Of a stretch of 64,000 nt of DNA, positions 52,381 to 64,000 are shown piece by piece. The stretch is taken from assembly GCA_951406725.2 (NCBI GenBank), contig OX597819.1:2604001-2668000 (forward strand), in the 5' to 3' direction. How positions within the stretch are numbered: the first letter of the stretch is position 1; the number at the start of each line of letters is the position of its first letter. A model generated the notes under the pieces. That model did no database searches. It was not told the DNA's origin and saw nothing but the letters and a program-made list of their open reading frames with translations. A program made the position numbers and the translations under genes. Origin of the DNA: Octopus vulgaris (taxonomy: Eukaryota).

Positions 52381-52695
52381 CATCATCATCATCATCATCA
52401 TCGTTTAGCGTCCGTTTTCCATGCTAGCATGGGTTGGACGGTTCTACTGGGGTCTGTGAAGCCAGAAGGCTTCATCAGCCCCAGTCAAATCTGGCAGTGT
52501 TTCTACGGCTGGATGCCTTTCCTAACGCCAACCACTCCAAGAGTGTAGTGGGTGCTTTTTACGTGCCACCCGCACAGGTGCCAGACAGAGCTGGCAAACG
52601 GCCACGAACGGATGGTGCTTTTTATGTGCCACCGGCACGAGGGCCAGGCGAGGCTGGCAACGGACATGAAACGGGGCGGTGCTGGCAACGGTCGC
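52381..52695 (-). mobile_element. Repeat with RTE-like 3' end and internal tandem units (copies at 42180-42410, 57925-58470, 62035-62345)
   Basis: gttggcgttaggaa.ggcatccag..ccaacccatgctagcatggaaa..(GAT)n. Confidence 0.7.
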
Positions 52696-52861
52696 GTATA
52701 TATTATAATAATTATATACATAATTATAACAAGGGATTGACTATAAGCCTCTCCACGTGCTAGAAATAGACACCAAAAGATGCTAATACCACCTTAAAAA
52801 CTCCAAAAAATAAAACACAGGCTGTAGTCGAGCAAAAGAAAGATAATGAATTAAACTGTTG

Positions 52862-52931
52862 GTTAAATATGTACAAAATCCCGTTTCAAGCTTAAGGTAA
52901 AAAAATTATACCTACTGCTATCGTCAGTAAC
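52862..52931 (-). ncRNA. Degenerate hammerhead-like motif
   Basis: Minus strand reads gtta-CTGACGA-t-agc..aggta/tacct..gct-t-GAAAC-gggattttg-TA; core intact, stem I poorly paired. Confidence 0.45.
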
Positions 52932-53189
52932 GTTACTCAGTAGCATAAATTCCCAAGTATCTACAGATATGTATATGAACAGTGACTTTGTATAGCAATA
53001 TATATACACACTTGTATATATACACATATATATATATATGCACAAACACACACACATATATATATATATATATAAATATACATACATATATATCATCTAT
53101 CTGGATGTTTTGTTGTCCCTTTTTGTATCACCTAGTTGTCCAGATGTTTTGCGTTCTTGTCCCATTTTGTATTTTATTTTATATATATA

Positions 53190-53221
<32 letters not shown>

Positions 53222-53750
53222 CGACAAGAAATAATATTTATCTCTTTTTATGGAAACAAAAGGGTTTATAGGACTGCAAAAAAGAAGTGCTCTCAAGTGT
53301 AAATGAGACAAAGATAAAAAACGATAAAGAAACATTGGCCATAGAACAAACAGCAAATTTGAGTCAACGAGTTTATATATAACATCATACCTCAAACATT
53401 TAATATGAATATTACCATGGTTCTTAAGCATATAAAAATATACAAATACATAAAAACACAGAGGGTAAAAATATATATGCGAATCGAATACAAATATAGA
53501 ACGGCCTATCAAAAAGGTAAATATAAATGTCTAAAAATTCATAGGAATTCTAAAGCATCTCAAGCTACCAAAAAACTAATAAACTAAGATAAAATAAAAT
53601 ATCAAACGACTATCTTTTTTTACTCCCCTCACACAAAATTATGTCCAAAGTTCAATTTTTAAAACCATGGTATGTTTGAGGTATTGTGTTTATATAAAGT
53701 CATTGACTTGAATTTGATGTTTGTTCTATGACCAAGACCAATGTTTCTTG

Positions 53751-53781
<31 letters not shown>

Positions 53782-54042
53782 ATACACACACATGCATACA
53801 ATGGGCTTCTTTCAGCTAGCATCTACAAAATCATTCAAAAGGTTTTGGTTGGTCCCAGGGCTTTGGTAGAAGACACTTGCCAAAAATGTCACATACTGAG
53901 ACAGAGCCCAAAACCATGTGGGTAAGAAATAAACTTCTCGACCATACAACCATACCTGTGTGTCTGTATGTATATATATACACAAATGCGCACATATTTA
54001 TATATATATATATATGTGTGTGTGTATATATATATGTATGTG

Positions 54043-54350
54043 AAGGTGTGTGGCTTAGTGGTTAGGGGCATTCGGCTCATGATCGTAAGGTTGTGAGTTC
54101 AATTCCCAGTGGAACATTGTGCCCTTGAGCAAGACACTTTATTTCACATTGCTCCAGTCCACTCAGCTGACAATGAGTAGTACTTGTATTTCAAAGAGTC
54201 AGCCTTGTCACGCTGAATCTCCCCGAGAACTACGTTAAGGGTACACGTGTCTGTGGAGTGCTCAGCCACTTGCACGTTAATTTCACAAGTAAGCTGTCCC
54301 GTTGATCGTATCAGCTGGGAACCTCGTCGTCGTCGCAACCGATGAAGTGC
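54043..54350 (+). mobile_element. tRNA-derived SINE family C (second copy ~38597-38860)
   Basis: tggcttagtggtt A box, gttcaattccc B box, ccttgagcaagacact..ttgctccagtccactcagctg body. Confidence 0.75.
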
Positions 54351-54351
54351 T

Positions 54352-54422
<71 letters not shown>

Positions 54423-55513
54423 CACACACACATAACACATACATGCACACATGCATACACACCTTCACACATATATAACTGTTCTCTCCTTTCAGTAGAA
54501 AGGGAAATTATCAAAGCCCATATAAAAATTTATCTGAACATTTAACTTCCATTTCCTATTCTGGTCTTTAAAAGAAAAAGACTTCCCAAGATACATTATA
54601 GCAAGTTATAACCTTTATAAGCAATGCAGTTATAACATTTCCATGTCTGTTATATATAATGCATTTGAAGTGAATACATTTTATATATCACTCTCAGTAG
54701 ATAATGATGATCAAGTGATTAATTTATTATAGACTTTAACAAATGAGGCCCATGAGATTATGTCAAGAAATCTACTGGAGGTGATTTAATTTGCCAGTAT
54801 AACAACTATGACATCCTACATATCCTAAATTTATGAGAATAACATTCAATTGATTATTCCTTCACAGCATGTCATTAATCTAAAATGATATGGCAACATT
54901 CCAAAGTAGATAATGTAGATAATTGGTTCTCTTAGTGCACTGGAGGTATCGGTTCATTGTTTGAAGTGCCACTACCCATCCTGTGCACCATACAGAACCA
55001 CCACTAATCCAGATTGAAATACCATAGGACACACCAGAAGAATGAAATAATTTGCATTATTTAGGCAAGTAAAACAATAATCTGCAAGAACAATTATACC
55101 TACAATTCGTAATGATCGACAAAATTTTTAGGAATTTTTTAATGACATTTAGTGGTCTTATGTAATGTTTTGTAGCATTAAAATCCATAAAATATAACAG
55201 AAGACATGGATAACATAAAAAAGATATACATTGTATATCTAAGACAAACTAGTTTCATGTGTTTCCATCCATCCATCTTCTCTACCCACTATTCCTGTGA
55301 GGGTTGTGGGGGTGATACCTCCTCCATACGGTGCACCTATCATAAGCAACTCTCATTACATTTTTCAGCTGGATTTCTAAGATTGATCATTTAAGACTAT
55401 GGATATTATCCAACCTCATTCTTGATCTACCTCACAAGGTCTCCTGCCAACTGGTTTGACTTGAAGAATCTGTTTTGTGATTCTTTCCTGCAGCATTTTA
55501 ATCATATGCCCAT

Positions 55514-55671
55514 AGGCGTAGGAGTGGCTGTGTGGTAAGTAGCTTGCTTACCAACCACATAGTTCCGGGTTCACACCTTGGGCAAGTGTCTTCTACTATA
55601 GCCTCGGGCCAACCAAAGCCTTGTGAGTGGATTTGGTAGACGGAAATTGAAAGAAGGCCATCGTATACATG

Positions 55672-55716
<45 letters not shown>

Positions 55717-55945
55717 GTGTGTGTATATGTTTGTGTGTCTGTGTTTGTCACCCCAACATCGCTTGACAACCAATGCTGGTGTGTTTACATCTCTGTAACT
55801 TAGCGGTTTGGCAAAAGAGACCGATAAAATAAGTACTAGGCTTACAAAACATAAGTCCTGGGGTCGATTTGCTCAACTAAAAGGCAGTGCTCCAGCATGG
55901 CCACAGTCAAATGACTGAAACAAGTAAAAGAGTAAAGAGAGTAAG
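55514..55945 (+). mobile_element. tRNA-derived SINE family A, full-length representative (many copies, e.g. 2850-3015, 4386-4775, 47995-48390, 49312-49708)
   Basis: A/B-box head (gtggctgtgtggt..gggttca), ccttgggcaagtgtc core, internal (TA/TG)n, 3' body ending gaaacaagtaaaaga. Confidence 0.9.
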
Positions 55946-56572
55946 AGTATAGTACCAGAGCTGTGACCTCTCAATTTAGGCAAGTGGAGCCACTATTTTA
56001 TTTTACTTCTGTGCTCCCCCACCCCACTTGTTACCTTCATCCTCTCTTCTATAATGTGAATGGCCATGCAGCTCCTCTACAGCAAGAAATCTATTCTCTT
56101 CTAACCCTTTCTCTCATACTCTAACCTCTTACCTTCCCTCATATAGCCACCTCCCTCTTTACTGTAGAACCAGTCATTTGGAAGGAATCTCGCACTTGCA
56201 AGCTGCGTGACTCTCTTACTCACGTTGCAGCCATACACAAAGCACTCACTACAGTTTGTATCGTAGCTGACATTGGGAGGAGCATCCAGCTGTAGAAGCT
56301 GGAACATGAAACAGTCGTTGGACCTGTTGGAATATGTCAAACAGTCCAACCGATGCCAGCATGGAAGACGGATATTAAAAGATGGGTATTGTTAACATGC
56401 TGCACAAAATGCTTAACTGCATTTCATCTGTATTTATATTCTGAGTTCAAATTCCACAGAGGTCAACTTTACCTTTCATTCTTTCGGGGTCAATGAAATG
56501 TGAAGTACAGGGATCATTGTAACTGACTAGCCCCACTCCTAAAATTTCAGGCTTAGTGCCTCTAGTAGAAAG

Positions 56573-56615
<43 letters not shown>

Positions 56616-57134
56616 GAGTGAGAGAGCAGTGCATGCCAGCAAAGTGACACTGGGGTAAAATATACGAAGCCCAGTATACCCATCATGACTACCTGTCTGA
56701 TAAGGGTACACCAAGCACATGCATCACAACCATATATCTGCGACATGGTGATCTCATATCAAGATAACCAGTGCATGACCTTGCAGGTGGGGCCCAGTTA
56801 GAATTTTCTTCTGGTCGAGTAGCCCATCCCACTCAAAAGGTTCTTGAATAAGGGTTCTTTAAGGATGTTGAACAAACCACCCATGTTTCCAAAGGTGAAT
56901 TATCTAAACCTCCAAGAATTCCTTTCAACACATGGCTATGATGCTCCCCAACTACTACTGCTTGTGATCAGAGATGCACATATCGTCAGCCACTAAGGGA
57001 CATGTTCAACTGTTTAAGGTCAAACAACTGACAAACAAATCTGTGGTATTGAGCAGAATATTTGCTGTAGCCCATCTTTTATACCAAGACAAAAAGTATT
57101 ATTATTATTATTATTATTGCTATTATTATTATTA

Positions 57135-57346
57135 AGGTGGTGAGCTAGTAGAATCATTAGAACACCAGGCAAAATTATCAGTGGCATTCCATCCATCCTA
57201 ACATTTTCAGTTCAAATTCCACCAAGGTGGACTTTGTCTTTCGTCCTTTCAATGTCTATAAGATAAGTACCAGTTGAGCACTGGGTTAATGTTATCAACT
57301 AGCCCCCTATCTCAAAATTTCAGACCTTGTGCCAATAGTAGAAAGG

Positions 57347-57350
<4 letters not shown>
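57135..57350 (+). mobile_element. SINE family B representative (copies at 1-95, 7830-7955, 24570-24970, 29660-29875, 30835-31280, 39100-39320, 40330-40790, 56390-56575)
   Basis: Repeated gagttcaaattcc..gactttgcctttcatcctttc..taagtaccagt..aggccttgtgcc sequence with (ATT)n tail. Confidence 0.85.
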
Positions 57351-57394
<44 letters not shown>

Positions 57395-57924
57395 CTTAAA
57401 CACATTCTTCATCAAGGTCTTAACTTTGTATGGATGGATGGATGGATGGATGGATGGATGGATGGATGGATGGATGGATGGATGGATGGATGGATGGATG
57501 GATGGATGGATGGATGGATGGAAGGATGGATGGATGGATGGATGGAAGGAAGGAAGGAAGGAAGGAAGGAAGGAAGGAAGGAATAACAATACAGCCTGAG
57601 TTATATGGGTTATGAATAAATATGTATACAAATTTTAATAAACATATATTAAGTCACACTGTGCAAGTAAGTGTCTTGATTAAACCACAGAGCTTTCAAT
57701 AGCTTGAAATGAAGGTTGAAATTACTAGTTTTAGTCCTTCGTATCTCTGTCTCCTGAGATGTTATAAGGAAGTAGTATAAAGTTACTTATAAAAATGTAA
57801 ACAATGTTATGCCAGGTAAATAAAAATTTATATAATGATACAAAACTGATAAAATATTTTTGACTGCAAAATGTTATAATAGCTTAATAAGGAATTTCAA
57901 GCACATGAAACATTTTTATTCCAT

Positions 57925-58300
57925 ATGTACTGGTGCTGCATTAAAATCACCCAAGCTGGTCCCACATAAGAAGCACCCATGCTGGTGCCACATTAAAAGC
58001 ATCTGTGCTGGTGCCATGTTAGTAGCACCCATACTACTGCTACATTAAAGGTACCCATACAGGTGTCATGTTAAACGCACCCATGCTGGTGCCATGCTGA
58101 GAACACCCATACTGGAGTCATGTTAGAGGCACCAATGCTGGTGTCACATTAAATACAACTGTCATGGTGTCGCATTAAAAGCACCCATGCTGGTGCTGTG
58201 TTAAAAGCACTCATGCTGGTGCCACATTAGATGCACTTGTGCTGGTGTCACTTATAAAGCACCCACGCTGCACAAGTGCCAGTGTCACGTAAAAAAGCGC
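57925..58300 (+). repeat. Minisatellite, about 12 diverged ~29-bp units
   Basis: Repeating aaaagcacccatgctggtgccac/atgtt with no unique spacers. Confidence 0.85.
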
Positions 58301-58649
58301 CCAGTACACTCTGTAGAGTGGTTGGCATGAAAAGGGAATCCAGCCATAGAAACCATGCCAAAACAGATAATTGGACCCTGGTGCAGCTCTCCAGCTTGCC
58401 AGCTCCAGTCAAACAGTCCAACTTATACCAGCATGGAAACCAGATGATGTCAAAATGATGATGATGAAATAACAGCACATTGAAGTTTTCTAAAATGGTT
58501 CTGACATTTTAGAATCCATAATTCTAGGTACCAAAATACTGAAAAAATGATTTTAGATGCTATAAAAAATTTGTCATTTATTATAACAGACATTTATGAA
58601 AGTTCTGCTATGCCCCTCGCCCCCTTGCCCCCTTTTTCTTTTTTTCTTT

Positions 58650-60370
58650 TTTTCTTTTTTTTTGGCATGCTGAATACAAAAATTACAATTTTTGTACACC
58701 AATAACGATTTGCATAATGATTGTGAAAACAATATTTATTATAATACAATTATCATAATTTCAACTGCTTTATATAACATATACAAATTGTATAATATAA
58801 TGAGAAGTCATAAATAATATAACAAAATTATAACCATGGCGATGCAATGGATCAAAACATCAGTAAGCACAGAATCATTGGATCATCATTATCTCTTGTG
58901 AGCTCTACCATCTTCTTGAACCAAGTTCCAAATGTAATTGCTCATCACTGACTCATTCCACCTTCTCTGATATCACTTCATCAACTAGCTATATGTCCTG
59001 ATGGACATAGCATCAAGTTGCAGTCAAAGAATTTCAAATGATGGTGCAGTAATTCAACTTGGATGGTATTTTGCATCCCATAATTCCCTAACTTTCAAAT
59101 AGCTCTTCAATTAAAATAAGAGCCTTTAAGTTCATTTTACTGCTGCCATGAAATCTTTTGAAAGAGTGTCAAGGTCATCAAGCGCTTGCTGGTTTGGGAA
59201 ATGGTGTTCTTCGCAAAAATATGTTGCTTACTCTTGCTCTCAATCTTCATTATGACCCAACACTTTAATGCCAACTTCATATGTTGATTCAAAGCTTAAA
59301 CAAGTTGGTGGGACTGAAGATGAGGTATCTGGATATTCTCTTATCTTGTGGTCCTTTTGACAATGTTCTTAAATACATTCGAATCTCTTTTCTCCACCAA
59401 TGTCATATTCATAACCAGGGTTTAGGCTGCAAACACCTACTTCATCTACAGTCCAACAAACACGTCAGCAGTAAACTTTGCATCAGAAAACTTCAGAAAC
59501 ATTGCTCATAAGTCGGCATAGTTTTCACCATCACCATCTAAAGCTGTGAAGAATTGCTGTATCAGACCAAGTTTTCCGTGGAGCAAAGGCAGAAGGATAT
59601 TCTCCACGCACACAAGAACATTGTACTTTACACTCTGAGTGCCTGACTGCAAAACCAATCTTTTTTTTTTTTTCATAGGTTTTTCCTTATCTGTGCTACC
59701 CTACAAGGTCAAAAAGCAAGGCTGTTCATATATTCAACTTGCAATCTGAGTAAGAATCCTAACATCTTAAAATCACCATATACATCATTCTTGTAGTCAT
59801 CATGATCTTTTCAAGCAAAACTTTCATAGTCTTGTATTTTTGTAATTTTCTTTCAAGTGTACAGAGTGTCAAGGTCATCAAGTTCTTGTTGGTTTGGGAA
59901 GTGGAGTTCCTTGTAGAAATATGTTGCTTACTCTTCTTCTCAACCTTCATCATGATCCAACAGTTTAATGTCAACTTCATATGTTCATTAAAAACTTAAA
60001 CAAATTGGTGGAACTGAAGATGAGATATCAAGATAAACCATATTCTTCTTATCTTGTGGTTCTTTATAAGTAGATGTATCCACCATATAGAAATAAACTA
60101 TCATTTAAATGGTTTGCTGGTTCTTGCCAGATTTCAGAAGAGCAAAGAGCATACTTTTCTTTCTGTCATGCATCCAACCCTATAGTGTAGATATGCAACC
60201 ATCACAGATTACATGAGATGATCATGGCTTGCCCTAGTCTCCAATCAGATAGCCAAAATAATCTTCACCTGCAAGATAATATTTGGTACTCTGCAAAATA
60301 ACATATTTGATTTGTTTTGGATCAATATAACAATATCAGTAAGCAGATATCTTGCAGTGCCCAGAAGCCA
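58650..60370 (-). mobile_element. Degraded CMC-superfamily (Chapaev3-like) DNA transposon
   Basis: Relic motifs YFG..IGD.GKP..HV.C..C, WQEP.NH, HFPNQQELDDL, LLPLLHGKLGLIQQFFTALD, MGC; subfamily assignment from memory. Confidence 0.7.
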
Positions 60371-61259
60371 TCATTATATTATCTGTAACACTTAAACACA
60401 AAATTTATTATGTTGTATTCAAGGTTAACAAATGTGACACAAGAAGAATATCGAAAATCTTTGTGATTCTTCTTTTTAATTTTTGTTGTACTGTTTTCAA
60501 AAAAAAACAACTTATATGAATACATGTAAAACATTACTATATGCCATAGAATGTTCCAGAACAATAAGAAGTTCATCATCATCAATTATTTATAAATACT
60601 TAAGCATATTTTCTTGAGTTTTTCCAGGCAGTCTATTGTTTGATGTTATATTACTAGTAACTCATCGTATGAATATTTCAACAAATCGACATCAATAAAG
60701 TCTACTATTTTTTATTCTGGTAAGTTTTACATAGAAACAGAAGTTAGATATGAATGTATTTTGAATACAGACAATGTTACACATGACAGAATATAATTCT
60801 TGATGTAACTTTAAAAATATTAATGCTATTATAAAAAGAATTTTACTATCATGGAAATATGTAAAAATAATACAAAAATCATCTGAAGCAATTTTCTATT
60901 ATGTAGTGTAATCACTGAAAACATTTAGAAAAGGACTATTACTAATAGTGTGTGACTATATACAAGAGGGAACGACATAAAAGCAACAGGTTGTCAATGA
61001 ATATAGTTAAAACAAAAACACTTGATCTCAAAGTTTAAAAAACAGGTTTGGAATATATTCCCTTAACTGTAATATCAATAATCAAGACTGAAGATGAACC
61101 AGATTAATAAAAAGGATGAATTATCTAAATGAAGTCATAGATTGGATTGTAATAAAATCAATAAGTGAACATAGAAAGAATGTGAAGCCTTGGTCTCCTG
61201 ACTTGCATAATTATATATAATGATTTTTGTAACAATTTTGGTTAACTTTTGGATCCTAC

Positions 61260-61334
61260 CTTTAGAAATTCAACTTTTTCATCAGATGAACATGTTCCAA
61301 TTACATGGCAGCCAACATGCTTTGCCCATTGTAC
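61260..61334 (-). CDS. PTGR3: PTGR3/ZADH2 (MDR-family NADP-dependent reductase), first coding exon visible in the window
   Basis: ttccag|...|gtagga; 75 nt encoding VQWAKHVGCHVIGTCSSDEKVEFLK, matching the vertebrate PTGR3 stretch CHVIGTCSSDEK; phase 0/0. Confidence 0.93.
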
Positions 61335-62777
61335 CTGGAAATTATAAAGGAAAAAAAAGACCATAATTGTAATACTTATTGAACCCATTCTTAACCACCA
61401 ACATCCTTTTATAACAATGCCATAAGTCCAATGCTATCACAGGCCTGAAGCTGCCCAGTCTATTCCTGAACACTATCAATATTATCAACTTTCATTATTT
61501 AACTCTCTCGTTTTTTAATACTTCAGATATCACAATTGCTTGTCTGCAATTTACATGGCTTACCTCTGATGGTAGTGCTAAATTTTAGAGACATTTTATT
61601 TAAACATTTAACCCTTTCCAGATATCAGCTGTTAACCAAATTCTTCAAAATGACTTTGATTAAAAATTGTAACCCAACACTTGGACAGAAACAGCTTCAA
61701 CAATGTAAATGTGCAAAATCCTTCAGAATATTTAAAATTACATGATACAGCAAGAAAGAGAAGTTACATGGTTGTAATACACATTGAGTTTGTTATTTCT
61801 GTTGGAAACTTGTTACATCATTAGCTACATGTGTCCAACAGACCAATTACTAATACACTGCATTCCTGACTACAAAAGTAACTTGGTGGACTTTGCTTCA
61901 TAGGTTTGAAAGTAACTCCTTTGACCGTAAAGAAAAAGAAACAGAGGGAAAGACAGACAGACAGACAAAAGTAGATTCATCTATTCAGCAATTAATGAAA
62001 TGGAATATTAATGATCTGCTTTTATAGTACTATAGATCATCATCATTTAACGTCTGCTTTCCATGCTAGCATGGGTTGGACAATTTGACTGAGGTCTGGT
62101 GAACCAGACTCCAATCTGATCTGGCAGAGTTTCTACAGCTGGATGCCCTTCCTAACGCCAACCACTCTGAGAGTGTAGTGGGTGCTCTTACGTGCCACCG
62201 GCACGAGGGCCAGTTTGGTGGTACTGGCAACAGCCATGCCCAAATGGTGCTTTTTATGTGCCACCTGCACAGGAGCCAGTCCAGCGGCAATGGCAACAAC
62301 CTCACTCGAATGTTTCACGTGCCACTAGCATAAGTGCTAGTAAGGTGACGCGGTAGTAAAACAATATTTAAAAAAACTTTTAAATTAATTTTTTTATTCA
62401 CTTTAATATTTTTAATTTCCTTTCAATATTTATATATATTGTGATATATCAGCATAGCTTCATATATACATGTTTGCACAAACATAATGTGCTTATATGA
62501 AATTATGTTCCACAAGTATGCGTGTGTATACGTGTGTTTAGAAATGTACATATGTGTATTGTGTATCTATGTTTTCACATATGTTTGAATATGCTTTTGT
62601 ATGTATATACATATGGATGTGTGTATGTCTGAGAATATATTGAAGCATGCTTGCATATATATATACGTACATGTAAGCGTGTGTGAATACAGATATACAA
62701 GTGCTAATGCATGATGAGTGCTAATGCACAAAAATCTTCATCCTTGAGTCTCTTCATCGCTTCTGGTAAATATACAT

Positions 62778-62813
<36 letters not shown>

Positions 62814-64000
62814 TATTTATATATATACATTCATGTTTTGTTTGCGTTTATTTTTCCTGTTTACATCATGAAGCCTTTCTCTCCCTCTCACTCTCTCTCT
62901 CTCTCTCTCTCTGTATGTGTGTGCATGCATGCATGTGTGCAGGCATAATCCTGTGGTAAGAAATTTGCTTTCCATCCACATGGTTCTGGGTTCAGTCCCT
63001 CTGCATATCACTTTGGGCAAGTGTCCAAAAGCTTGTGAGTGGATTTGGTAGATGGAACCTGAAAGAGGTTGATTGTGTCCGTGTGTGTGTGTGTGTGTGT
63101 AGTGTGTTGTGATGAGTGAGGGGAGGTTAGGCAAATTACTGTGTTTAAAAAGAATCAATATGATCCAAAACTTATTTGCCCAGCACCATAGCAATGTGGA
63201 GATTCACGATATGCTCAAAGTGTTTCTCAAGAAACTGATCACAATCAAACCTCTTTTGTGTGAAACTGGTTGACTTATATTTCTTGTACTGCTTCTGGTT
63301 GGCTTCATTTAATTTATCTACTGCTGCTTTATTAGGTTCTTTTCTTTCATCTCAGGTTCCTGATTGGTATTTTTATAGAATTTACTTTTGCCAATTTACG
63401 AAATTTACTTTTTCACTAAAGCTTAAACTTATTGAGAAAAAAGTCAATTTTTTTTCCGCATTTTAAACATTCCAAGTTTTGCTTGCATTAACAATTATTA
63501 TTGGGCTGCAGAAAGAGTGGACAAGGTGGAAAATGTGGGTGATGGAGTGATAATATTCTTAATTGAACTTGGAAAAGTTTAAGACAGAAAGCGGAAGCTG
63601 AAAAATATTGCAGCTAAAATTGTATTTCAAATAAGAAAATATTTTGTTTTTATTTCTATTCAAATGTAAATGTATAAAACCTGCTTTAGATTCTAACTCT
63701 CTCTATGAAGAACATTCACTATGGAACTTCCTATATTTAGTCATAAATAAAATAAGATATGATGGATGATGGGAGAGAGTTGAAGCACTCACATATGATG
63801 GAGATATAATCTGTCTTTCAAAATTCAAAAATATTCAGTTACTTTCCTCTCACTTTTTTCCAGCTATAGCTGAACTAACATTTAGGCATACAGAAATATG
63901 AATTCATTCAAAGAGGTAGAGGAAGTAACAGATCAAGTCGTAAGTGGTATACTGTCAGCTCAGAAATAAAAAGAAATATATGGTGTAGTGCTTTTTAATG

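Noticed and set aside
55514-55600. SINE heads as tRNA genes
   Set aside because: A/B boxes are present but there is no cloverleaf, and they continue into SINE bodies
57925-58300. CRISPR-like ~29-bp periodicity
   Set aside because: Head-to-tail diverged units with no unique spacers, inside a eukaryotic retroposon; no cas genes

Overview
This is AT-rich, repeat-saturated animal DNA; the SINE families and microsatellite content point to an octopus (inferred). There is one clear host gene: the 3' six coding exons of a prostaglandin reductase 3 / ZADH2 homolog (PTGR3) on the minus strand (61334 to 32198, 176 aa, canonical GT-AG introns); no earlier exon was recognised, so the 5' part probably lies beyond the window. 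The rest is mobile DNA: a near-complete Penelope-like retroelement (RT + GIY-YIG, ~25840-29340), two more PLE endonuclease fragments, a full-length DD36E Tc1-like element, a solo LTR, two non-autonomous Helitrons, a Chapaev/CMC-type relic, R4-, RTE-, CR1- and Tx1-like LINE fragments, MITEs and several tRNA-derived SINE families. The most interesting signals are: (1) the PLE has a two-ORF layout joined by an in-phase UUUUUUA -1 slippery site; (2) four hammerhead-ribozyme-like motifs, one with a compensatory U3-A8 core and one with an A6U core; (3) a nested inverted-repeat element at 22.1-22.8 kb; (4) a GC-rich, multi-stem intronic RNA candidate at 34.4 kb; (5) a SINE-internal microsatellite repeatedly hosting other elements. 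Most entries in the ORF track are microsatellite or SINE artefacts. All family calls come from motif recognition by eye, not from database searches.
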